DNA of 64,000 nt from an uncultured Endomicrobiia bacterium (GCA_938074745.1 CALJEJ010000004.1:1597-65596); one strand, 5' to 3'. Positions 18,848 to 28,603 are shown, numbered from the stretch's first letter. Notes: generated from the sequence alone by a model not told the origin. Program-made: numbers and translations.

Positions 18848-19678
18848 TCAGTCTAGGATAACTCTTTTAGCTCCTGCATAATGTTTGAAATAATATGGTT
18901 CTTGTAGTGACGAAATTGTAACTTTTTTTCTACTACGTGTAGCGTGAATAAACTCGTTGTTTCCTATATAAATCCCGACATGGTTTATAGTTTCATATTT
19001 TTTTATTTTTCCTTTATATTTTCTATAATATGTCTTTTTAAAAAACACTAAATCGCCACAACGTAGTTGTGTTTTATCAATTGGTTTTCCAACTTTAAAT
19101 TGTTCTTTAGCTGTCCTAGGTAAAACTATACCTAAACGGGAAAATATGTATTTAACAAAATATGAACAATCAATACCATCATCAATATTCTCTCCACCCC
19201 ATTTATATGGAGTAGTATATAATTCTATCGCATAAGAAAGAACTTTTTTGGCTATTTTATCATTATATTTATCTATCAGTTGAACATCTACAGTTCTGGA
19301 ATAAGAAGAAATTTCTATATCTTCATCTATTTGGTCATAAACAATTGTATCGCCATTAATTTTTTGGCTATTTTCGTCTTTTTCAGTCCATTCTTCAGGT
19401 AAAGCAACTATGTTAGCAATAAGGTTTAGTTCAGTATTTATTTGTTGTTTTATTTTTTGTGCTTGGGAAAGTTCATATGGACCTATAAATAAAACATTTT
19501 CTTGAATATCAACAGTTTTGTTGTCATTGACATACCAATTTTGGTTTTTTATCACATCTTTAAGATATGAAGTTTCTTTGTTATTTCCACAAATAATTTC
19601 TATATAATATTCTAATCCAACAGCTACATTATAAACTATACTTAACAACAAAATTGTTATGAGTTTAAATTTATCCAT
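18848..19678 (-). CDS. NlpC/P60 family cell-wall peptidase with N-terminal signal peptide
   Basis: C-terminal GIDCSYFVKYIFS...GDLVFF...HVGIYIGNNEFIHA (Cys-His-His triad pattern of NlpC/P60); start moved to internal Met preceding signal peptide. Confidence 0.7.
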   Translation of the reverse strand: MDKFKLITILLLSIVYNVAVGLEYYIEIICGNNKETSYLKDVIKNQNWYVNDNKTVDIQENVLFIGPYELSQAQKIKQQINTELNLIANIVALPEEWTEKDENSQKINGDTIVYDQIDEDIEISSYSRTVDVQLIDKYNDKIAKKVLSYAIELYTTPYKWGGENIDDGIDCSYFVKYIFSRLGIVLPRTAKEQFKVGKPIDKTQLRCGDLVFFKKTYYRKYKGKIKKYETINHVGIYIGNNEFIHATRSRKKVTISSLQEPYYFKHYAGAKRVILD

Positions 19679-19679
19679 T

Positions 19680-20075
19680 TTATTCCGCATAATTTCTTGT
19701 GCTGAGCAAATAATCAAACCTCTTTTTAGCAAGATTACCTTCGTAACTGTTGGGATAGTTCATATATAAAAACTTATAAACTTTTATTGCCTCGGGAATA
19801 CAATTTTGTTCTTCATAACATAAGGCTATGTGGTAATATGATTTAGATTTATAATTTTCTACTTTGTAATTATTTATTACACGGTTAAATCTAAAAATAG
19901 CACCGCCATAATTACGTCTGATATAATTTATGTATCCCATATAGTATTCAATTCCTTGTGCAATAACAGAGTCAGGATTTTGTTCTAAATAATTATTAAA
20001 TTTTCCTGATTTATAATAATCATAACAAAAATAAAATGTGCCAGCAAGAATTATTACTAAAATAAATTTTTTCAT
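19680..20075 (-). CDS. Hypothetical small secreted/lipo-protein (TPR-like single repeat)
   Basis: N-terminal hydrophobic segment MKKFILVIILAGTF; no catalytic motif. Confidence 0.4.
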   Translation of the reverse strand: MKKFILVIILAGTFYFCYDYYKSGKFNNYLEQNPDSVIAQGIEYYMGYINYIRRNYGGAIFRFNRVINNYKVENYKSKSYYHIALCYEEQNCIPEAIKVYKFLYMNYPNSYEGNLAKKRFDYLLSTRNYAE

Positions 20076-20091
20076 ACTCTTAAACAACTTC

Positions 20092-20814
20092 TTACTGGGG
20101 AGCAATTAATACATCTTTCAGTGTTACTGGAGAATATACTCGTTTTATTTCTCCAACGAATATACCATTTTCTTTTATTTCTTTAACTTTTAATCTACCA
20201 ATATAGGTAAGTTGGTTCTTTTTTACATTTCTTAAAGAAATATCGTATTTACTTGGTCCTATGTGATAAATTCCTAAAACATCATTTACTCGTAAATCAT
20301 ATTTTGTCAACATTTTACAGTATACAATATCGCCATCAATACACAAAATTTTGTTTTCTTTAGTAGAAATTATTTCTGCTATTATTTCTTTTTCTTTTAA
20401 ATTAAAAGTTTTCACAAACAATTGTGTTTCTTGTTTTATCACAGCTTGTGGTTCAACTTCTTGTGACTGAAGAGTTTGTTGGTTTTCTTGTTCGTGTTGT
20501 TGAGTATAAACTATTTGCATTTTTTCAGAGACAGTTTCAACTGACTGTTGAGTTTCCTTTTGTAGTGTAGAAGAAGAAATATCTACTATTTTATCTTTAG
20601 ATGGTATTACAAAAACTTGTCCTGGGTAAATTAGATGCGGATTACGAATTTTGTCTTTATTAAATTGATAAATTTTAGGCCATAAAAAATTGTCGTTATA
20701 ATAATGTCCTGCGATATCCCATAAAGTATCACCTTTAACTACTATATGTTCTAAATCAGCATAAATGTTTGTAAGAATATTTACAACAATTACTATAAAC
20801 CAAAATTTAGTCAT
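20092..20814 (-). CDS. LysM domain-containing protein with signal peptide
   Basis: HIVVKGDTLWDIAGHYYNDNFLWPKIYQFNKDKIRNPHLIYPGQVFVIP is a canonical LysM; Q/E-rich linker follows. Confidence 0.7.
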   Translation of the reverse strand: MTKFWFIVIVVNILTNIYADLEHIVVKGDTLWDIAGHYYNDNFLWPKIYQFNKDKIRNPHLIYPGQVFVIPSKDKIVDISSSTLQKETQQSVETVSEKMQIVYTQQHEQENQQTLQSQEVEPQAVIKQETQLFVKTFNLKEKEIIAEIISTKENKILCIDGDIVYCKMLTKYDLRVNDVLGIYHIGPSKYDISLRNVKKNQLTYIGRLKVKEIKENGIFVGEIKRVYSPVTLKDVLIAPQ

Positions 20815-20841
20815 ACATTTACCTCTTTTTTAGTTTATTTT

Positions 20842-22119
20842 TTATGGATATAACCCACGTAATTTTGTAGCTTCTGCGACACGGCTTACTGCAAGTATCA
20901 TTGCTGCTGTCCTCATATCAACTTTGTAATGTTTCATAACTTCCACAACTTCGTTAAACGCGTTTTCCATAACTTCTTTAAGCCGTTCTTGAACATCTTT
21001 TTCTTTCCAGAAATACGCTTGTAAACTTTGCACCCATTCAAAATATGACACCACAACACCGCCTGCGTTCGCTAAAATGTCAGGGACAACTTTTATTCCT
21101 TTACGGGCTAAGATTTTGTCAGCTTGTGGTGTTGTAGGACCGTTTGCTGCTTCAACAACAATTTTTGATTTTATCCGTGGAGCATTTTGTTGTGTAATTT
21201 GTCCTTCAATTGCTGCAGGAATTAAAATATCACATTTAAGTTCTAACAACTCTTTGTTAGAAATATTTTTTGCAGGTTTATATCCTACAACAGTACCTTT
21301 TTTTTGTGAATAACTATATACTTCAGGGATATTTAACCCGTCTGGGTTATAAATCCCGCCGTGAACATCTGACACTGCGACAATTTTATACCCTAATTCG
21401 TAAAATATTCGTGCAGCGTTGTATCCTACATTGCCAAACCCTTGAATAACAATACTACTTTTTTCAATGTCTATATTATAAAACTCGCATGCTTTTTGAG
21501 TTATATATACTACACCACGACCCGTAGCTTCTGTTCGTCCACGGGAACCGCCTAAACTTAACGGTTTGCCTGTAACAACACCGGGGACTGAATATCCTAC
21601 GTTCATACTAAAAGTATCCATAACCCAAGCCATAGTTTTTGGATTAGTGTTTATATCCGGTGCTGGGATATCTTTTTCTGGACCTATAATTAATCCTATT
21701 TCCGAAATATATCTCCGTGTAATACGTTCAAGTTCTTGTTCAGAAAGTTTCTGAGGGTCACAAACAACACCACCTTTTGCACCACCATACGGTATATTTA
21801 CTACAGCACATTTCCATGTCATCCACATTGCTAACGCTGTAATTTCGTCAAGGTCAACATCAGGATGGTAGCGTATTCCACCTTTTCCGGGACCACGGTC
21901 AAGGTTATGTTGAACCCTATACCCTCTAAAAACACGAATTTTGCCGTTATCCATTTTTATCGGTACAGAGACAATAAGTGTTCGTTTTGGATATTTTAAT
22001 TTTTGTAAAATTCCCTCGTCAAGATGAATAATTTTTGCAGCGGTTTCTAACTGTTGTTGAGCCATTTCTAACGGGTTAACTTTATAATTTTTCTTTTTTT
22101 GCGAAACTGTAAAATTCAT
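20842..22119 (-). CDS. gdhA: NAD(P)-specific glutamate dehydrogenase
   Basis: 425 aa; GGAKGG, KPLSLGGS and GFGNVG Rossmann motifs typical of GDH. Confidence 0.9.
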   Translation of the reverse strand: MNFTVSQKKKNYKVNPLEMAQQQLETAAKIIHLDEGILQKLKYPKRTLIVSVPIKMDNGKIRVFRGYRVQHNLDRGPGKGGIRYHPDVDLDEITALAMWMTWKCAVVNIPYGGAKGGVVCDPQKLSEQELERITRRYISEIGLIIGPEKDIPAPDINTNPKTMAWVMDTFSMNVGYSVPGVVTGKPLSLGGSRGRTEATGRGVVYITQKACEFYNIDIEKSSIVIQGFGNVGYNAARIFYELGYKIVAVSDVHGGIYNPDGLNIPEVYSYSQKKGTVVGYKPAKNISNKELLELKCDILIPAAIEGQITQQNAPRIKSKIVVEAANGPTTPQADKILARKGIKVVPDILANAGGVVVSYFEWVQSLQAYFWKEKDVQERLKEVMENAFNEVVEVMKHYKVDMRTAAMILAVSRVAEATKLRGLYP

Positions 22120-22186
22120 AATTATTTCTCCTGTTTTGTTAAGTTCTTACAGAATTAACCGAAGAGTATTTAACTTTTAATAAACT

Positions 22187-23386
22187 TCACCATTGAATTT
22201 TTATTGCCCTCGTAGGACAAATTGAAACACAAAGACCACAAGCATAACATTTTGTTTTGTCTATAACACAAACTTCGTGCAGTTCATCTTTCTTTTTAAA
22301 CGATATTGCTCCGTATACACAAGAAGGTTCACAAGTATGACACCCTTTACACAATTTTTCGTCTACTTTAGAATATCCGCCTTTAGTTTTTACTTTTTGT
22401 CCTTTACCGATTGTTTTTATATACTTCCCACGGATTTCTTTTAACGAACTTACATTATGTTCTTTCATCCAATCAACAATTTCTTTAAGTATCCGTGGAT
22501 AAACTTTTTCACCTTCTAAAATAAATGCAGAACAAATCTGTACTGCAGTAGCGCCTGCCATTATGTGTTCAATCACATCTCTACCGGTAAAAATTCCGCC
22601 AACACCTATCACTGGAATTTTTACATTTCTTGCAATATCAAACACACACCGTACTGCAAGCGGTTTTATTGGCACACCGGAAATCCAGCCATAACCAAAC
22701 TTTGACCCTAACAAAGGTTTACAAGTGTCAATATCAAAATGTAATGTTGGACCGAACGAATTTATTGCTACGATACCGTCACAACCTGCAGATTCTGCTT
22801 CTTTTGCTTGCTGGATTATAGTTTCAGGGTTATGTGGAGAAAGTTTTGCAAACACTGCACCATCAAAATATTTTTTTATTGTTTTTGTTATATTTTTTAT
22901 TAACCCTGGTTGGATATAATGTGTAGAAAACTCAACTGCGTCAATAAACCCTAACCGTGCAATTTTTGGTATAATAATTTTCATATCTTCTGGAGTATAT
23001 CCTACAGAAGCAATCATAGGCAATCCTGTTGTCCGCGCAATATGGTATTCTTTTTCAAGCCATTCTTCCAAAGTTTTTTCTGTCCATAATTCAGTATTAA
23101 GTATCCCCGATTTTGTTTGTAATTCACTTTTAGAAATTCTATACGTGTTACCATTAATTGAAATATACTGGTAAGTGGTCAACATTGCACGGTCTACTAC
23201 CATCATATTAGGTCGTGGGACTGGCGCAGGTTTCACTGAAACTGTTTTACATACAATAGCGCCAACACCAGCGTTAGCTGCTCTTACTAAAGTTTCCCCG
23301 TCCCGTGAGGAAGGGCCTGCTGCTGGCATCAACGGGTTGCTAAGTTTCATTCCTGCAATTGTCACAGACAAATCTATTTCTTTCAT
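22187..23386 (-). CDS. Dihydroorotate-dehydrogenase-fold flavoprotein with C-terminal 2x[4Fe-4S] ferredoxin domain (PreA / dihydropyrimidine-dehydrogenase-subunit-like)
   Basis: N-term DLSVTIAGMKLSNPLMPAAG (PyrD/PreA-like), FMN-binding GVGGI near C-term of barrel, then CKGCHTCEPSC...CYACGLCVSICP. Confidence 0.7.
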   Translation of the reverse strand: MKEIDLSVTIAGMKLSNPLMPAAGPSSRDGETLVRAANAGVGAIVCKTVSVKPAPVPRPNMMVVDRAMLTTYQYISINGNTYRISKSELQTKSGILNTELWTEKTLEEWLEKEYHIARTTGLPMIASVGYTPEDMKIIIPKIARLGFIDAVEFSTHYIQPGLIKNITKTIKKYFDGAVFAKLSPHNPETIIQQAKEAESAGCDGIVAINSFGPTLHFDIDTCKPLLGSKFGYGWISGVPIKPLAVRCVFDIARNVKIPVIGVGGIFTGRDVIEHIMAGATAVQICSAFILEGEKVYPRILKEIVDWMKEHNVSSLKEIRGKYIKTIGKGQKVKTKGGYSKVDEKLCKGCHTCEPSCVYGAISFKKKDELHEVCVIDKTKCYACGLCVSICPTRAIKIQW

Positions 23387-23400
23387 AACTTCCCTCCGTT

Positions 23401-24387
23401 TTAATCTATCAAATCAAACTGAGAAAAAGATGAATTTGTAATAAAGTTTGACCATGCGTAACAATAAAACATATTAGAACAGTCAAGTTTGTTTTTTTTA
23501 TGCCACATATCAAAATTGGTAAAAAATTTTTTTAAGGAAGTTGTTTCGCTGGTATTAACAAAATTATAAATTTCGTTATCCCAACGTCTACAAGGGTATA
23601 CTGTACCGTCGGGAAGTATTGCAAACCCGTCTTTACCACAGATACATTCTGCACCGTAAACTTCTATTTTGTTTATATTGAACTTGTCCTTTTGATAATT
23701 TACAAGTTTTATTGCAGGGTATAATTTTAGTTCATCAAAATTAATATTTAACACATTTGCTATCTGAGAATAAAATAACAAAATTTTGTCTATTGTAAGA
23801 ACTTCGTGTTGAACTTTTCTTGCTTCGCCTACAGGGATGAACCGTTCAAAAATTATTTCTTTTACTCCACGAATGAAAAAAAATTTTATAAATGATAAAA
23901 AGTTTTCTGTTAAATACCCGATGTTAGTGTTTAACAAAGTAGTCATTATACCTATATCATAATTTTCAGAGAACCACTCAAGGTTGGTAATAACTTTCTG
24001 GAACACACCTTTACCACGAATAACGTCGTTAAGTTCCTCGTCATTACTTTCAACAGAGATATAAATTTTGCCAAGTTTTGATACATTTTTTAGTTGTTGG
24101 CGAGGGATTACAGTTCCGTTTGTGATAAAATTTATAGTTTCTACAACATCAAATTTGTCAAGATACTCTGCTAACTTATAAACCTCAGGTTTTAAAAACG
24201 GTTCTCCGCCAGTAAGTGTTATGACAAGTTTACATTTAAGCGTAGTGGTTACAAAAAATATAATCTTGTCTGCTACAAGTTTGAGTTTGTCAAACCCAAA
24301 CTCTTTTCTCCACGGTTCACGATAACAATGTAAACATTGTAAATTACATTTTTCAGTAATATGCCACTGAATATGAAACCTATCCAT
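23401..24387 (-). CDS. Radical SAM enzyme with C-terminal SPASM/twitch-like Cys cluster
   Basis: CNLQCLHC (Cx3Cx2C) at residues ~14-21, GGEPFL motif, C-terminal GAECICGKDGFAILPDGTVYPCRRW auxiliary-cluster region. Confidence 0.7.
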   Translation of the reverse strand: MDRFHIQWHITEKCNLQCLHCYREPWRKEFGFDKLKLVADKIIFFVTTTLKCKLVITLTGGEPFLKPEVYKLAEYLDKFDVVETINFITNGTVIPRQQLKNVSKLGKIYISVESNDEELNDVIRGKGVFQKVITNLEWFSENYDIGIMTTLLNTNIGYLTENFLSFIKFFFIRGVKEIIFERFIPVGEARKVQHEVLTIDKILLFYSQIANVLNINFDELKLYPAIKLVNYQKDKFNINKIEVYGAECICGKDGFAILPDGTVYPCRRWDNEIYNFVNTSETTSLKKFFTNFDMWHKKNKLDCSNMFYCYAWSNFITNSSFSQFDLID

Positions 24388-24408
24388 AGTTGAGAATTTA
24401 TAAGTTTT

Positions 24409-26427
24409 TTATTTTATCCGTTTTGACCAATGAACCCATTTACGGCCAGTTGTTGGTATCTTAGGATTCTTCACAACTTTATTTTTCTTTTTTAACTCTT
24501 TAGCAACATCTTGAAGTCCAACACGGATAAGTTCTTCTTCTGACGGCAACCCTGTCTCCCAATCAAATTTACGTATCTCGTAGTATTCTTTCAACATAGG
24601 TTCTAAATTACACACTTGACCTTTAGCAGGACCTGTAGGGATAGGTTCTTGGGTAAACCTTGGATGTAAACTATCATTTTTCTTTGTCCATCCGAGACGA
24701 ATGTTAAACGCACGTCGTAAATCTACAATCCGTGAAGCAAGTTTTTCAAGTTCTTTCGGGTCAGAATATTCTTCAAACCCAGTAAATATTGGAATTATAT
24801 CTAACAAATCGTCAAAATAATACAACGGTGGCCACATAGTACCATATTTGCATAACAACAAAGAATCTACTAAAGAATAAAATTCTTCCATTTCCGACAC
24901 AAGATAGCCTTTATACCGTTCATCTAAACGGTCTGCAAGAATATCAACAAGTTTTTTACCATAGCGTCGTAAAAGTTCTTCTTTATACCCGAGTTCGTCT
25001 AAACTTGACAAACTTGTCAAATGGTCTGCTCCACGAACATTTATTGCATAGGTGAGACCTAAAGATTTATGAGGTCTTGGGTCTTGACCTGACGCTTCAA
25101 GACCGTTAACATGGATTGCGTACTTCCACGCATCGCCACCGAGAACTTCCGCTGCTTTTTTTGAACCTAACTGTAACAACCGAGAAAATTCGTCTTTACC
25201 ATAAACAATGTCTTCTATAAGAGACAACACTGTCTCCATAATTTTTTTAGAATTCTCAGGTTTGTCTACAAACTTTAATTCTCTGTTTCCAGTATCAGAT
25301 TTTTTAAGTAAACCTTTTTCATAACATTCTGCAGCGAACGATATTGTATGCCCAGTTGTTATTGTATCAAGACCATATATGTTACACAGATAATTTGCAC
25401 GAATTAACGCGTCCGTATCAATTGATAAAAAGTTTGAAGTGAACGCTTCCACAGTTTCGTATTCAGGACCTTCAGATTCTGTACCTTTATATTTCCCTTT
25501 ACGAACTTCTGATACATATTTACATTGTATCCCACAACAAAAACATGATTTATGCCGTTTATAATGGTTGTTCTTTAACGGTTGCATACCTATAGTATTT
25601 TCTGCATTTTCAAAATATCCAGTCCAATGGTTCTTTGTTGGCAACCGGCCAATTGCGTTTTCCCAATCAGTTAACGCAAAAGTGCCATAAGTCCTCATTG
25701 CAGAAACATGTTCCCAATATTTACCTTCAGGAGTGTATCGTTTTATCCAATCGTTAAACAATTTATCAAACTTGTCTTTATCAGCGACACCTAACCCTTT
25801 TGTCCCACGAACTGCTATTGCTTTAAGTTTTTTATACCCCATAACACAACCAAGACCACAACGTCCTACAGCACGGTAATAATCGCTCATTATACATGCG
25901 TATCTGACCAAATTTTCTCCTGCAGGACCTATACAGGCAATTTTTACTTGTTTATCACCAACTTCTTTTTCTATTAGAACATTCGTTTCAGGGACTGTCT
26001 TTCCCCAGAGATGTTTTGCTGAACGTAATTGGATAATATCGTTATCTATATAAAGGTAAACAGGTTCTTCAGACTTGCCTTCTATTATAACAAAATCATA
26101 CCCTGCATATTTTAGTTCCGGACCAAAGAACCCGCCTGCTGACGAATGTGCCCACCAACCTGTCAACGGTGACCTTGAGACAACTTCGTACCGTGCAGAT
26201 TGTGGAAAAAGTGTCCCTTGTAACGGTCCTGTCAGAAATATAAGTTTATTCTGTGCAGACAACGGGTCTGTTTTTTCATCTGTTTCATCCCATAAAATTC
26301 GTGCGCCAATACCTACACCACCAATGTATTCTCGTAGAAGTTTTTTAGGTGTAGGTTCTACTTCTATTTTTTTGTTTGTAAGGTTTACTCGGACAAACTT
26401 TCCTGCGTACGAATTTTTTTTATCCAT
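24409..26427 (-). CDS. Aldehyde:ferredoxin oxidoreductase family tungsten enzyme (paralog 1, 672 aa)
   Basis: N-terminal AOR domain (GKFVRVNLTNKKIEV...EYIGGVGIGARIL), pterin/Fe-S binding Cys, AOR family length; SD GGGAG upstream. Confidence 0.9.
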   Translation of the reverse strand: MDKKNSYAGKFVRVNLTNKKIEVEPTPKKLLREYIGGVGIGARILWDETDEKTDPLSAQNKLIFLTGPLQGTLFPQSARYEVVSRSPLTGWWAHSSAGGFFGPELKYAGYDFVIIEGKSEEPVYLYIDNDIIQLRSAKHLWGKTVPETNVLIEKEVGDKQVKIACIGPAGENLVRYACIMSDYYRAVGRCGLGCVMGYKKLKAIAVRGTKGLGVADKDKFDKLFNDWIKRYTPEGKYWEHVSAMRTYGTFALTDWENAIGRLPTKNHWTGYFENAENTIGMQPLKNNHYKRHKSCFCCGIQCKYVSEVRKGKYKGTESEGPEYETVEAFTSNFLSIDTDALIRANYLCNIYGLDTITTGHTISFAAECYEKGLLKKSDTGNRELKFVDKPENSKKIMETVLSLIEDIVYGKDEFSRLLQLGSKKAAEVLGGDAWKYAIHVNGLEASGQDPRPHKSLGLTYAINVRGADHLTSLSSLDELGYKEELLRRYGKKLVDILADRLDERYKGYLVSEMEEFYSLVDSLLLCKYGTMWPPLYYFDDLLDIIPIFTGFEEYSDPKELEKLASRIVDLRRAFNIRLGWTKKNDSLHPRFTQEPIPTGPAKGQVCNLEPMLKEYYEIRKFDWETGLPSEEELIRVGLQDVAKELKKKNKVVKNPKIPTTGRKWVHWSKRIK

Positions 26428-26457
26428 ATTTATTCTCCCGTAGTTAAAAATTTAATA

Positions 26458-26958
26458 TTAACCTACTTGGTGCAAACTTTTCGCTGACAAAATTTCAGTA
26501 AAAAACTTTTCTGCAACAACATATTTTTTCTTAATAGAAATTTTATCTGCATCAATATATTCCAACGCGCCCATAGGACAATAACGAACACATTGTGGTA
26601 CACCTTTACAAAGGTCACACTTTATTGCCACACCTTTGTCAGGGTCAAAATTCATCGCTCCAACAGGACATGCAGAAATGCACATTTTACAACCTATACA
26701 TTTTTGTTCATCTACGATATACGCAAAATATTCTGAATTATAACTGATAGCTTTAGGTTGACATACTTGTTGACACATTGCTTTGTCACATTGTTGACAT
26801 ATGATTGGGATGTCTACACTTTTATCACGTAAAGTAACAATCTGTATTGCAGATTTTGCCGGGTTAAACTCTTGTTGATGCCGCCATGAACATACAACTT
26901 CGCACATTCTACAACCAGAACATTTTTCATAATTTACTACTAAAACTTTTTTTGCCAT
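26458..26958 (-). CDS. Poly-[4Fe-4S] ferredoxin (4 cluster motifs)
   Basis: Repeated CxxCxxCxxxCP motifs (CSGCRMCEVVC; CQQCDKAMCQQVC; CIGCKMCISACP; CDLCKGVPQCVRYCP). Confidence 0.8.
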   Translation of the reverse strand: MAKKVLVVNYEKCSGCRMCEVVCSWRHQQEFNPAKSAIQIVTLRDKSVDIPIICQQCDKAMCQQVCQPKAISYNSEYFAYIVDEQKCIGCKMCISACPVGAMNFDPDKGVAIKCDLCKGVPQCVRYCPMGALEYIDADKISIKKKYVVAEKFFTEILSAKSLHQVG

Positions 26959-26993
26959 TTTATTCCTCCATTATAAAAGGTAAAATTATACGG

Positions 26994-27497
26994 TTAATGT
27001 TTCAACTTTTTATCTTCTGTAAGTTCTGTAAGTTCTAACAGTTGTTTATAAAACTTTTCTTTTTGTTCTTTCATAAACTCTTCTTTAGTCATTCCAACTT
27101 TGTTTATTACATCTTCGGAAACATATATTTCTGCATCAGTTCTAACTGCTAACGCAACTGCATCTGAAGGTCGGCTGTCTATAACATACTTGTTATCTTT
27201 ATAAGACAAATGTATCTGAGCATAGTATGTGTTATCTTTCACTTCCGAAATAACAATATAATCAACTTTGGCACCTAATGTTTCAATACAATTTCGTAAC
27301 AAATCGTGTGTTAACGGTCGTGGGAAAAACATATTCCGCAGTTTAAACAAAATAGCCTGCGCTTCAAATATTCCTATCCAGATAGGTATTATTCTTGCTG
27401 ATTTTTCCTGTGACGGTTCAACAACTTCTTCAAGCAACATTATCCCCATTTGTGAAATATCGTCAAAAATTAAGTCAACAAGTTTTAGTTTTATCAT
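26994..27497 (-). CDS. Bifunctional nuclease (BFN / DUF151) domain protein
   Basis: Conserved RPSDAVALAVR motif and overall 167-aa architecture characteristic of DUF151 bifunctional DNase/RNase family. Confidence 0.6.
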   Translation of the reverse strand: MIKLKLVDLIFDDISQMGIMLLEEVVEPSQEKSARIIPIWIGIFEAQAILFKLRNMFFPRPLTHDLLRNCIETLGAKVDYIVISEVKDNTYYAQIHLSYKDNKYVIDSRPSDAVALAVRTDAEIYVSEDVINKVGMTKEEFMKEQKEKFYKQLLELTELTEDKKLKH

Positions 27498-27515
27498 TGT
27501 AGTTCTCCTATAAAA

Positions 27516-27995
27516 TTAGATTCTTTTCTCAGAAATAATCGTGGATAAAACATTCCTTGCTGTAAGTTTACGTTTATGTATACTATTTTGTTGTGGTTCT
27601 TTATATTCCAGAGCGCCCGTGGGACAAAATTTTGCGCATACAGGGTCGCCTGAACATAGGTCGCATTTCAAAATCTTACCTTTTTTTGAAGAATACACTA
27701 TTGTACCAAACGGACATACTATTGTACATAACCTACATCCGATACATTTTTCATAATCTATCACCACAGCATCGTTGTCATCACGTAACAACGCTCCCGT
27801 AGGACACGAGTTTATACACGGCGCATCTTCACAATGAAAACATACTACAGGAACTGACACTCCTTCATCCCAGTCGTAAAACACATTTATCCGTGATAAT
27901 GACGGTTGAAGAGTTTTCTCTTTGTTGAACACGCAGGCAAGTTCACAATATCTACACCCACTACATTTTTTTGCATCTATAAGTAATTTTTTCAT
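27516..27995 (-). CDS. Poly-[4Fe-4S] ferredoxin (4 cluster motifs)
   Basis: CSGCRYCELAC; CFHCEDAPCINSCP; CIGCRLCTIVCP; CDLCSGDPVCAKFCP. Confidence 0.8.
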   Translation of the reverse strand: MKKLLIDAKKCSGCRYCELACVFNKEKTLQPSLSRINVFYDWDEGVSVPVVCFHCEDAPCINSCPTGALLRDDNDAVVIDYEKCIGCRLCTIVCPFGTIVYSSKKGKILKCDLCSGDPVCAKFCPTGALEYKEPQQNSIHKRKLTARNVLSTIISEKRI

Positions 27996-28064
27996 ATATT
28001 TACCTCTTTAACATTTTTTTATGTCGCTAAAAAATATTTTAGTTTTCATCTTACAGAATTTTTA

Positions 28065-28472
28065 CCAATTACATATCCTCACACCATCTATATCTGTATG
28101 AGTACACGCTATAGTAACCATTCCTTTATTGTAATCATAATACCATTTTCCTACATCAAGTTGGTTATCATAAGGTAAAGAACTTATTATAACATCAAAA
28201 GATGGAATATGATATTTTACGTTTAACAACGGAATTCAGTTTATATATCCTGAAGTAACAAGTTGGTATAATGTTTGAGGATATTCTCCATTAGTAGTAT
28301 AATATAACCAAACAGCACGTTGTAACGTTGCTAAATTAGATTTTGCAACAGCAAAAATTGTCCTATCTGTTACGTGTTGGAATAGACTTATTATCAAAGT
28401 TGACAATATACCAATAATTATTACAATTAAAAACAGTTCTACAAGTGTGAATCCTTTAGAATTTTTATTCAT
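28065..28472 (-). pseudogene. Type IV pilin / pseudopilin gene interrupted by a single in-frame TGA (codon at 28236-28238); N-terminal 78 codons + 64 further in-frame codons
   Basis: N-terminus MNKNSKGFTLVELFLIVIIIGIL is a class III prepilin leader/methylation motif. After the TGA the same frame stays open for 64 codons (IPLLNVKYHIPSF...IACTHTDIDGVRICNW*) ending at TAA 28062-28064. That segment has a C-terminal Cys-x11-Cys pair like a pilin disulfide loop. Combined 143 aa is a typical pilin size. Confidence 0.5.
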
Positions 28473-28484
28473 CTGTTGTTAATA

Positions 28485-28586
28485 TTAAAACAATATACGG
28501 GTTATACGATAATACTGAATCACAAAATTAAATATCAACCCTAATAAAATAATTAAAAAAATAATCATTAACCCGTGAGTAACCAT
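28485..28586 (-). CDS. Candidate small hydrophobic peptide (33 aa, single predicted TM)
   Basis: MVTHGLMIIFLIILLGLIFNFVIQYYRITRILF; sits 12 nt upstream of pilin start; weak RBS; could be chance ORF. Confidence 0.2.
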   Translation of the reverse strand: MVTHGLMIIFLIILLGLIFNFVIQYYRITRILF

Positions 28587-28603
28587 CCTTGACTTATTTT
28601 TTG

